NCBI RefSeq assembly: GCF_001194135.2
Contig: NC_068981.1
Location: 198,035,361 to 198,072,573 of the forward strand
Direction: 5' to 3'
Length of the DNA: 37,213 bases
From: Octopus bimaculoides
Lineage: Eukaryota
The notes below the pieces were generated by a model. The model did not search any database, had not been told where the DNA came from, and worked only from the letters and a program-made list of their open reading frames with translations. This document shows positions 32,751 to 37,213 of this stretch, piece by piece. The first letter of the stretch is position 1. Every line of letters starts with the position of its first letter. The translations under genes and the position numbers were made by a program.

Positions 32751-33076
32751 GTTTCTTTCAGTTTCCATCTACGACATCTAGTCACAAGGCTCTCATTGAC
32801 TTGAAGCTATAGCAGAAGACACTTGCCCAAGGTGCCACACAGTGGGACTGAACCCAGAACCATGTGGTTGGGAAGCAAAGTTCTTACCCCCACAGCCCTG
32901 CCTGTGCCTCTATGTATGTGTAGGGAAGATGGTAAATTGAACCAAAGGGATTTCCTTACTGTTTGGGTCAGTTGAGATATGTAAAGCTGAGATGTCTGAC
33001 TCTGTTTTCCTCCTCCTCCTCCTCCTTGAATCAGCCGGTCCCGCTGTGAATGTAATTCCTCGTTTTCACTCTCAAG
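2392..33076 (-). CDS. ANKRD26: Spliced gene model, 5' incomplete: 20 exons, 2058 nt, 685 aa + stop; ANKRD26/CCDC144-like coiled-coil protein
   Basis: Manual exon chaining with GT-AG sites and matching intron phases gives one uninterrupted frame. The sequence is heptad-rich in E/K/Q/L. C-terminal motifs KLEEVNHFLQ, FRELYLKEL, KLKEEMHRSIKRHLEA and AEYLTLMKHKYCL* match, from memory, human ANKRD26 (KLKEVNLFLQ, YKQLYLEEL, EYVQVLKKNYMI*). No ankyrin repeats or start codon were found in the window; orthology needs BLAST/HMMER. Confidence 0.8.
3010..3280 (+). mobile_element. RTE 3' end / (GAT)n-tailed element
   Basis: CTTGAGAAGAAGACCCATCAAGCC...GGAAAGGCATCCAGCC...(GAT)n. Confidence 0.75.
4165..4610 (+). 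mobile_element. RTE 3' UTR copy with subrepeats and (GAT)n tail
   Basis: Shared core GGCGTTAGGAAGGGCATCCAGCTGTAGAAAC; explains the overlapping ORFs at 4132-4586. Confidence 0.75.
5276..5344 (-). CDS. ANKRD26: Model exon 19 (69 nt, 1-1): (P)PFDEQLSSDPTYMKMSPLTVLQ
   Basis: Acceptor tctcattgcag|CT, donor G|gtgagt. Confidence 0.85.
5556..6390 (+). mobile_element. RTE LINE 3' portion (ORF2 C-terminus + 3' UTR + (GAT)n tail)
   Basis: Aligns by eye with 10590-10900 (FCYLGD, RIxxGWxKFRELL, RLxWFGHV, GRPRKTW motifs, degraded); ends in the GGAAGGGCATCCAG...ATGATGAT tail. Confidence 0.8.
6840..7021 (-). CDS. ANKRD26: Model exon 18 (182 nt, 2-1): EKSPLDLNSSILN...VYGKLKEEMHRSIKRHLEA
   Basis: Acceptor tgtttattttag|G, donor C|gtaaga; phases fit both neighbours. 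Confidence 0.88.
7380..7730 (-). mobile_element. RTE LINE RT fragment, inverted relative to the 9.7-10.9 kb copy
   Basis: ORF 7431..7658: FGFVPGRSTSDDIFLVRQLQVKYL...FVDMEKAFGRVP. Confidence 0.88.
8107..8294 (-). CDS. ANKRD26: Model exon 17 (188 nt, 0-2): SELNQMRLSYENALSTKSLQEQEALHFRELYLKEL...LNCRI(P)
   Basis: Acceptor atttatttcag|AGT, donor CC|gtaagt; ORF 8103..8288. Confidence 0.9.
9125..9295 (-). CDS. ANKRD26: Model exon 16 (171 nt, 0-0): TDDFRYQRHPQLDKQLRIELSKKLEEVNHFLQQQHEQYEKLMTEKENRISADKNKLQ
   Basis: Acceptor gtgttttacag|ACG, donor CAG|gtgaat; carries the KLEEVNxFLQ motif of ANKRD26-family C-termini. Confidence 0.9.
9656..10905 (+). mobile_element. Decayed RTE-clade LINE ORF2 fragment (RT domain to C-terminal region)
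   Basis: YKGKGDA..NYRGIKLL, QFGFVPGKSTTDAI, LAFVDMERAFDRVPR, GVHHGSALSP, YFDD (degenerate YADD); stops and frameshifts; contains a C4HC3 finger. Confidence 0.92.
11220..11283 (-). CDS. ANKRD26: Model exon 15 (64 nt, 2-0): (K)NHLLQCEIAALKSRMKHKDNM
   Basis: Needs the uncommon GAG acceptor (tattcttttgag|G) to keep frame; donor ATG|gtttgt; 5' boundary less certain. Confidence 0.7.
11686..11728 (-). ncRNA. Degenerate minimal type I hammerhead ribozyme
   Basis: GACAC CTGATGA A GGCTA-loop-CAGCT GAAACGTGTT; small deletion at the cleavage site/stem I compared with the 22.9 kb copy. Confidence 0.45.
11801..11876 (-). promoter_or_regulatory. tRNA-derived Pol III internal promoter (head of the element)
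   Basis: A box TGGCATAGTGG (11869-11859), B box GAGTTCGATTC (11826-11816); anticodon stem does not pair, so not a tRNA gene. Confidence 0.75.
11927..11972 (+). ncRNA. Degenerate minimal type I hammerhead ribozyme
   Basis: GACAC CTGATGA A GGCTG-loop-CAGCT GAAA CATT ATGTT; palindromic ACGT mutated to ACAT and stem I mismatched. Confidence 0.5.
12462..12515 (+). repeat. 12-bp tandem repeat (GGATTCTATCAT), about 4-5 units
   Basis: Visible tandem units. Confidence 0.8.
12821..13362 (-). mobile_element. RTE 3' UTR copy with internal GGTGGCACGTAAAAAGCACC-type subrepeats
   Basis: (CAT)n start on plus, shared core, four motif copies, ends at the LINE stop region (CTTGAGAAGAC). Confidence 0.75.
13777..13850 (-). 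CDS. ANKRD26: Model exon 14 (74 nt, 0-2): ERHKVKMLQEKQINADVKVEEEEE(K)
   Basis: Acceptor atatttcag|GAG, donor AA|gtgagt. Confidence 0.85.
13926..14393 (+). mobile_element. 5'-truncated RTE LINE (C-terminus + 3' UTR + (GAT)n)
   Basis: LSWYGHVMRM, GRARKTWDEVV motifs, followed by the shared 3' UTR and tail. Confidence 0.8.
14686..15005. mobile_element. Two RTE 3' ends in opposite orientation
   Basis: (CAT)n-start fragment at 14686 (minus) and (GAT)n-end fragment at 14815-15005 (plus). Confidence 0.7.
15423..15626 (+). repeat. (GA)n microsatellite with periodic GCGATA interruptions, spanning an N gap
   Basis: Direct reading; explains the ERER/SLSL ORFs. Confidence 0.95.
15714..16220. mobile_element. 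Tc1/mariner-like MITE interrupted by an RTE 3' end (15898-16150)
   Basis: Ends TA-CAGGG..GGTGCAAAAG(G/T)AGGT.TACAG and its reverse complement CTGTAAACCTACTTTTGCACC; superfamily assignment tentative. Confidence 0.5.
16446..16660. mobile_element. Inverted partial second copy of the same MITE
   Basis: 16455-16620 is the reverse complement of 16150-16210 plus 15800-15900. Confidence 0.6.
16676..16736 (+). repeat. 11-bp tandem repeat (TATATGTTAAA), about 5 units, just after the exon 13 donor
   Basis: Visible tandem units. Confidence 0.8.
16746..16796 (-). CDS. ANKRD26: Model exon 13 (51 nt, 0-0): NKRLEQERKMMKSQLEK
   Basis: Acceptor cttcttattgcag|AAT (in-frame alternative at 16814), donor AAA|gtaagt. 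Confidence 0.8.
17040..17720 (-). mobile_element. Two tandem RTE 3' end copies
   Basis: (CAT)n tails at 17040 and about 17372, each followed by the shared core. Confidence 0.75.
17835..18056. mobile_element. piggyBac-type MITE (222 bp)
   Basis: TTAA|CCCTTTCG ... CGAAAGGG|TTAA: TIRs plus TTAA duplication; homologues at 36136-36354 and 36386-36556. Confidence 0.85.
18607..18676 (-). CDS. ANKRD26: Model exon 12 (70 nt, 2-0): RDIALEEEIKELRFQLKREKEYW
   Basis: NAGNAG acceptor tttgatag|CAG|, donor TGG|gtaggt; coiled-coil frame. Confidence 0.82.
19821..19870 (-). CDS. ANKRD26: Model exon 11 (50 nt, 0-2): QPTETVEPLKMTTESK(H/Q)
   Basis: Acceptor ttttaaattctgcaacag|CAA, donor CA|gtgagt; supplies the phase-2 end needed by exon 12. 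Confidence 0.75.
20041..20283 (+). repeat. 26-bp minisatellite, about 9-10 imperfect units (CATCCATCTACAACATGAGGTACAGG)
   Basis: Direct tandem units without spacers. Confidence 0.9.
20569..20622 (-). CDS. ANKRD26: Model exon 10 (54 nt, 0-0): AHPNTDVSTVVREEEKIQ
   Basis: Acceptor cctctttctttgcag|GCT, donor CAG|gtattc. Confidence 0.78.
21598..21714 (-). CDS. ANKRD26: Model exon 9 (117 nt, 0-0): DDKDSLIHDLRIKDAQLQGKLEQEKHKSAVMQRLLDEHM
   Basis: Acceptor ctttgtaaaccag|GAT, donor ATG|gtaagg. Confidence 0.88.
22079..22560 (-). mobile_element. RTE 3' UTR copy
   Basis: Shared core and subrepeats. Confidence 0.7.
22726..22845 (-). CDS. ANKRD26: Model exon 8 (120 nt, 0-0): ERLESDLKTLQLQKSDLEIELRREKDKVKIFQRNFEKPLN
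   Basis: Acceptor atattttcag|GAA, donor AAT|gtaagt. Confidence 0.9.
22890..23064 (-). mobile_element. Second copy of the hammerhead element (inverted arm + AT linker + terminal CTCTTAAATATAGAAC)
   Basis: Same left boundary (TACATTATTTAC) and right boundary (TATAGAAC) as the 11.6 kb copy; TSD ATAAT(G/A)AAAGT at 22879-22889 and 23066-23076. Confidence 0.75.
22938..22983 (-). ncRNA. Intact-looking minimal type I hammerhead ribozyme
   Basis: GACAC|CUGAUGA|A|GGCUG-GAGGGUAUAU-CAGCC|GAA|AC-GU|U|GUGUC: perfect 5-bp stem I and stem II, full core, palindromic ACGU as stem III; predicted cut after GUU, between 22943 and 22942. Confidence 0.75.
23541..23660 (-). CDS. ANKRD26: Model exon 7 (120 nt, 0-0): EEEMKAVLAEQKNLLQENKYKRDNLQEETKEKLLSAQHAK
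   Basis: Acceptor ttctgtttctgccag|GAA, donor AAG|gtaaat. Confidence 0.9.
24954..25010 (-). CDS. ANKRD26: Model exon 6 (57 nt, 0-0): ELQDCLSSAKKQISKLQNK
   Basis: Acceptor ttttctctttaattag|GAA, donor AAG|gtaatt; different frame from listed ORF 24950..25357. Confidence 0.82.
26654..26738 (-). CDS. ANKRD26: Model exon 5 (85 nt, 2-0): (R)LHQLKNNDQDRLISQLRMELEKEQSTNR
   Basis: Acceptor ttccttgtctgcag|G, donor AGA|gtaaga. Confidence 0.88.
26880..27150 (-). mobile_element. tRNA-derived SINE, same family as 381-570
   Basis: CTGGTACTT..TTTATTGACC..GGATGAAAGGCAAAGTC..TTTGAACTCAGAACG. Confidence 0.75.
27341..27756 (+). mobile_element. Full-length tRNA-derived SINE with internal (TA)/(TG) tract and (AAAGAAT)n tail
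   Basis: A box TGGCTGTGTGG, B box GGTTCAGTCCC; homologous pieces at 20281-20440, 32745-32905 (minus), 35490-35715 and 35725-35890. Confidence 0.8.
27758..27972 (-). CDS. ANKRD26: Model exon 4 (215 nt, 0-2): KSAEILTKDIQHQMELK...QERLKNMD(R)
   Basis: Acceptor cattgtag|AAA, weak donor AG|gttctt; coiled-coil ORF 27715..27957; phase matches next exon. Confidence 0.88.
28196..28575 (-). mobile_element. RTE 3' UTR copy with subrepeats
   Basis: Very similar to 17040-17325. Confidence 0.75.
29080..29395 (-). mobile_element. tRNA-derived SINE (GGACTGGAGCAATGTGAAAT-core family) containing (TTAGGG)5
   Basis: A box TGGCTTAGTGG; related pieces at 21400-21570 and 31270-31500. Confidence 0.7.
29344..29373 (-). 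repeat. Interstitial telomere-type repeat (TTAGGG)5
   Basis: Five perfect CCCTAA units on plus. Confidence 0.95.
29593..29673 (-). CDS. ANKRD26: Model exon 3 (81 nt, 0-0): EEMSRSQRQLSETVELHRVIEELQEGK
   Basis: Acceptor gttttcag|GAA, donor AAG|gtgaat. Confidence 0.88.
30707..30778 (-). CDS. ANKRD26: Model exon 2 (72 nt, 0-0): SESLPDQNFSAEMVQLKEENQKLR
   Basis: Acceptor cttcttttttag|TCA, donor CGA|gtatgt. Confidence 0.85.
30960..31280 (+). mobile_element. RTE 3' UTR copy with subrepeats and (GAT)n tail
   Basis: Three ..TAAAAAGCACC motifs, then the shared core. Confidence 0.75.
31559..32093. mobile_element. Foldback/MITE-like element with about 130-bp imperfect terminal inverted repeats
   Basis: ATAAACAAAGTTTAGGTAAGTTAAAATATG...AAAAGGCAAATT.ACT pairs with AGTAAATTTGCCTTTT...CATATTTTAACTAACCTACACTTTGCTTAT. 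Confidence 0.65.
32360..32625 (+). mobile_element. RTE ORF2 C-terminal fragment
   Basis: LREKLGIRS..QETQLHWYGHVMCMDEDSCVKK, GRPKKTWDEAV. Confidence 0.8.
32960..33076 (-). CDS. ANKRD26: Model exon 1 (117 nt, phase 0-0): LESENEELHSQRDRLIQGGGGGGKQSQTSQLYISQLTQT
   Basis: Acceptor ttgcag|CTT, donor ACA|gtaagg; open frame, inside ORF 32807..33082. Confidence 0.85.
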
Positions 33077-33844
33077 CTGCAATTAGACATTAAAAAAAAA
33101 ACCGATACAGTAACACAAAAATAAACCAAAACAGATCCTTCTCCCTTACACCATTTTATTTTTTGTTACAATGGAGAATATAAGTTGACAACAAGGGTCA
33201 GACTCCAACGCAGACAGACGCTCGCAGCTCCTCTAAGCAACAGTAAATATGGAGCAGAGAGATACAATGCCCCACAAGACACAGTAACCTTGTTGGTGGT
33301 GGGGTCACCGTAGATGAAGAAACAGGACCCCACAGTCTGACAATAATTTCACTTTGTAACAGATCAGATATAAAGGTTGTGACATCAGATTGGTCAATTA
33401 CTAGCCACATGGTGTTCATAGTGTCACATGGTGGTCACGCTGTATAACTAAACATGTGGTGGTCATTTCTAGAACCAAAGTGGTACCTGATAATCACTGT
33501 TGGTGTGTTTATGTCCCCATAGCTAATGTTCCTGGGAGGGACATTAAGTCAAAAAAAAAAAAAAAAGAGAGAGAAATGAACAATTCCCTGGCCCCAATTT
33601 TTAGTTGAGGAGGAGGAAGAGGTGACCCTTCCCCCCATGCCCATAATTCACACTTGTCAGGATAAGCTTGTACACAAGTAACCCCCAGAAACTGTGGTCA
33701 GCTTCATCTTGCCACTGTATAAACCAAGAAATGTGACATGTTAAACTATAAACAACATCAAGTACAGCTCTTTACCATCTCTGCCAATTGTCTTTTTTTT
33801 ATTATTATCATTATTATTATTATTATTTTTATTATTATTATTAT

Positions 33845-34570
33845 TAAGGTGGCAAGCAGGCAGAAATCGTTAGCAAGCTGGATGAAATGCTTAGATCCAT
33901 TTTGTTTGTCGCTACGTTCTGAGTTCAAATTCCACCGAGGTCAACTTTGCCTTTCATCTTTACAAGGTCAATAAAATCAAGTACCAGTTGCGTACTGGGG
34001 TTGATCTAATCGACTGGCCTCCTCCCCAAAATTTTAGGCCTTGTACCTATAGTAGAAAAGATTATTATTATTAAGGCGGTGAGCTGGCAAAATACTTAGC
34101 AGCAATTTATCTGTCTTTGTGTTCTGAGTTCAAATCCCACTGAAGACAACTTCACTTTTCATCTTTTCGGGGTCAATAAAATAAGTACCAGTTGATCACT
34201 GGGGGAGGGGGTGTCAATGTAATCAACTTAGCTCCTCACCCGAAATTGTTGGCCTTGTGCCAAAATTTGAAACCATTATTATTATTATTATAATTATTTA
34301 TTATTATTATTATTATTATTATTCTGAGGTCGACTTTGCCTTTCATCCTTTCGGGATCGATTAAATAAGTACCAGTTGCACACTGGGGATTAATGTAATC
34401 GACTTAATCCCTTTGTCCTTGTTTGTCCCCTCTATATTTAGCCCTCTGTGGGCAATAAATAAATAATTAGGGTTAGAGTTTTGAGTACTGGGGGGAGGGG
34501 AGGTCGATGCCATCAACTTACCCCCCTCCCATGAAATTGCTGGCCTTGTGCCAAAATTCGAAATCATCAT
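33845..34570 (+). mobile_element. Cluster of three SINE copies separated by (ATT)n tracts
   Basis: Repeated GAGTTCAAAT(T/C)CCAC B box and GCCTTTCATC..AAGTACCAGT core; third copy lacks the head. Confidence 0.75.
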
Positions 34571-34699
34571 TACTGCCACCGCCATCACCAAGCTTGTCTT
34601 TCAATATTTCGGTCTTCCTTAAGAGTTTCAGGTATTTCTTAAACCATTCCAAGAAGGTGTCTCAGTAGACAATTATTTAATGCCAAACTTACACGTTGC

Positions 34700-35171
34700 N
34701 NNNNNNNNNNNNNNNNNNNNNNNNNNNNNNNNNNNNNNNNNNNNNNNNNNNNNNNNNNNNNNNNNNNNNNNNNNNNNNNNNNNNNNNNNNNNNNNNNNNN
34801 NNNNNNNNNNNNNNNNNNNNNNNNNNNNNNNNNNNNNNNNNNNNNNNNNNNNNNNNNNNNNNNNNNNNNNNNNNNNNNNNNNNNNNNNNNNNNNNNNNNN
34901 NNNNNNNNNNNNNNNNNNNNNNNNNNNNNNNNNNNNNNNNNNNNNNNNNNNNNNNNNNNNNNNNNNNNNNNNNNNNNNNNNNNNNNNNNNNNNNNNNNNN
35001 NNNNNNNNNNNNNNNNNNNNNNNNNNNNNNNNNNNNNNNNNNNNNNNNNNNNNNNNNNNNNNNNNNNNNNNNNNNNNNNNNNNNNNNNNNNNNNNNNNNN
35101 NNNNNNNNNNNNNNNNNNNNNNNNNNNNNNNNNNNNNNNNNNNNNNNNNNNNNNNNNNNNNNNNNNNNNNN
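34700..35171. other. Assembly gap (others at 15497-15516, 23478-23487, 25402-25456, 25867-25876, 30391-30634)
   Basis: N runs; ORFs spanning them are artefacts and exons could be hidden inside. Confidence 0.99.
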
Positions 35172-35894
35172 CCGTGGTGTTGTTTTGCATTTAGAATAAA
35201 ATATATATATACAAATTATAAAAAGAATTTTAAAAATATACAATACAGTACTCTTTCTACTTCACAGATTTTCACCTATTGCAGGTGGTGGTGGTGGGGA
35301 GGACGTAATACTCACAATAGTTGAGGGATTACTGCAGCAGTTGGCGTTAGGAAGGGCATCTTGCTGCAGAAACCTTGCTGAATCAGATTGGAATCTGGAG
35401 CAGCCTTCCAGCTTTCAAGTTCTCAGTGAAACCGTCCAACCCATGCCAGCATGGAAAGCAGACGTTAAATGATGATGATGATGATGATAGATGTGTATAT
35501 TTGTGTGTCTGTATTTATCCCCCCACCCACATCGCTTGACAACCGATGTTGGTGTGTTTACATCCCGGTAACTTAGCAGTTCGGCAAAAGAGGCCGATAG
35601 AGTAAGTACAAGGCTTACAAAGAATAAGTCCTGGGATCAATTTGTTTGACTGAAGGCAGTGCTGCAGCATGGCCGCAGTCCAATGACTGAAACAAGTAAA
35701 AGAATAAAAGAATAAACCAAAGTACAGGCATGGCTGGGTGGTTCAGAAGTTTGCTTTCCAATCACCAGCTTTCAGGTTCAGTCCCACAGCACAACACTGT
35801 GGTATAAGCATCTTCTATAAAAGCCCCAAGTCGACCCAAGGCCTTATGAGTGAATTTGGTAGATGGAAACTGTGTGGAAGCCTGTTGTGTATAA

Positions 35895-36120
35895 TATGTA
35901 TAATGGACCTTGAATGTAGAGGACTTGAGAAGACTGGAAAGAAATGAAGGGGCCATGCTCTGTTGGATGTGCAACGTGAGTGTACATGAACGGCATAAAC
36001 GTGCTGAGAGAAAGACTGGACAGAAGGGGAATGTAGTGAGCAAGAAAGACTGGTATGGACAGGTGATGCAAATGGATGAGGACAGGTGATGCAAATGGAT
36101 GAGGACAGCTGAATACATTG
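35895..36120 (+). mobile_element. RTE ORF2 C-terminal fragment with internal 23-nt tandem duplication
   Basis: LERNEGAMLCWMCNVSVHE, LREKL..RG, WYGQV motifs; GGACAGGTGATGCAAATGGATGA occurs twice. Confidence 0.7.
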
Positions 36121-36135
36121 ATGCCAGTCACTAAA

Positions 36136-36354
36136 CCCTTTTGTTACCAAACTGGCTGAAATTGCTTCTGGTTCTGAGTACAAATGTCTTGTTTTCGTAA
36201 GTTTTGAATTAAAATCTTCCACCAAACCTTAGTCACAATTTATGTTCCTAACACTAGCTTAATGATAACTAAGTTATTTTACTAAATTCTTTGTTATATT
36301 AAAGTAATTGAAAGAAACACAGAGCATATCTACAGAAATATGGTAATAGAAGGG
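36136..36354. mobile_element. piggyBac-type MITE, copy 2 (opposite orientation to copy 1)
   Basis: TAAA|CCCTTTTG ... AGAAGGG|TTAA; interior matches the 17.8 kb copy. Confidence 0.8.
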
Positions 36355-36385
36355 TTAAAATATATAATAGAGAAACAATTCTTAA

Positions 36386-36556
36386 CCCTTTTGATGCCAA
36401 CCCGGTTGAAACCAGCTCTGGCTCTGTAGTACAAATGTCTTGTTTTCATAAGTTTTGAATTAAACTCTTCCACCAAACTTTAGTCACAATTTATGTTCCT
36501 AACACTAGCTTAATGATAACAAAGTTATTTTACTAAGTTCTTTGTTATATTTAAAA
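36386..36556. mobile_element. piggyBac-type MITE, copy 3, interrupted by a Helitron end
   Basis: TTAA|CCCTTTTG start; homology stops at TTTAAAA, immediately followed by CTAG. Confidence 0.75.
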
Positions 36557-37090
36557 CTAGCAGAGGCACCTGGCGTTGCCAGGGAATGAAATTGTTGCTT
36601 ATATACTGGAAGGAAAAAAGCAAAATATGCTGTATAGAAATCTGAGGACATTCTGTAGATGGACTCTCAGATGAATGATGACTGGGCACCTCTCATGAAT
36701 TGGAAAATTGAAGATGCGCCAAAAAGCCTCATTGGGATTTGGAAACTTTTACGAAAATTAAAATGTGGATTAAATGAAAAAAATGATTTACGTGAATATC
36801 CTCACAAGAGTAATTGAAATAAATTGCGATTGTGGAACCCCTCACACACGCACGAAAGCACACACGCACACGCACGCACGCACACACACAGAGTATCACA
36901 CAGATGAAATGGAAGTGTGTGTGTGTGTGTGACAGAGAGAGAGAGAGAGAGAGAGTGAGAGAGTGAGAGAGAGAGTGAGAGAGTGAGAGAGAGAGGTTTG
37001 TTGTCATGTATACGTACATGCATAAATATGCATACATCTTTGTGTGTGTGTGTGTGTGTGTGCGTGTGTATGAGAGAGAGAGAGAGAGAG
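36557..37090 (-). mobile_element. Helitron-like non-autonomous element (3' end at 36557); right boundary uncertain
   Basis: Minus strand reads CCTGGC-AAC-GCCAGG hairpin, 8 nt, then CTAG|T: a canonical Helitron 3' end; contains (CA)/(GA) microsatellites. Confidence 0.6.
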
Positions 37091-37094
37091 TAAA

Positions 37095-37213
37095 TCTATA
37101 CTATATATAAAACAGAGATGTGTGTGTAATCGACTTCACCAAATGCTTCCATACTTGTGATGCGTGAATAATTTGACCTCGGATAAATGTTAGGCTCTTC
37201 ATTTGATTTTTTT
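37095..37213 (+). mobile_element. Probable Helitron-like 5' end
   Basis: A|TCTATACTATATATAAAA start typical of non-autonomous Helitrons; 3' end outside the window. Confidence 0.45.

Noticed and set aside
35252-35275. Possible 24-nt upstream exon VKICEVER (phase 0-0)
   Set aside because: Weak donor (AGA|gtactg), very short and next to an assembly gap; cannot be supported without RNA data.

Overview
AT-rich, microsatellite-dense eukaryotic genomic DNA with six N gaps. The repeat families suggest a cephalopod, most likely octopus (inference, not a database match). The window is almost entirely the 3' part of one minus-strand gene. I reconstructed 20 small exons (33076 to 2392) that splice in frame into 685 aa plus stop. 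The product is a long coiled coil whose C-terminus resembles ANKRD26/CCDC144 (ELSKKLEEVNHFLQ, FRELYLKEL, terminal AEYLTLMKHKYCL*). Most ORFs in the supplied track are artefacts of repeats. The introns hold decayed RTE-clade LINE pieces (about 25 (GAT)n-tailed 3' ends), several tRNA-derived SINE families, piggyBac-type and Tc1/mariner-like MITEs and Helitron ends; an R4/Dong-type LINE end lies downstream of the gene at the window start. The most unusual object is a small element present twice (11629-12058 and 22890-23064). The first copy has a tRNA-like Pol III head and an (AAT)n linker; both have a body with a minimal type I hammerhead ribozyme, an inverted-repeat layout and 10-11 bp target-site duplications. 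This looks like a SINE-like, ribozyme-bearing non-autonomous Penelope-type element. The one intact-looking hammerhead lies sense in the host pre-mRNA, about 90 nt upstream of an exon.
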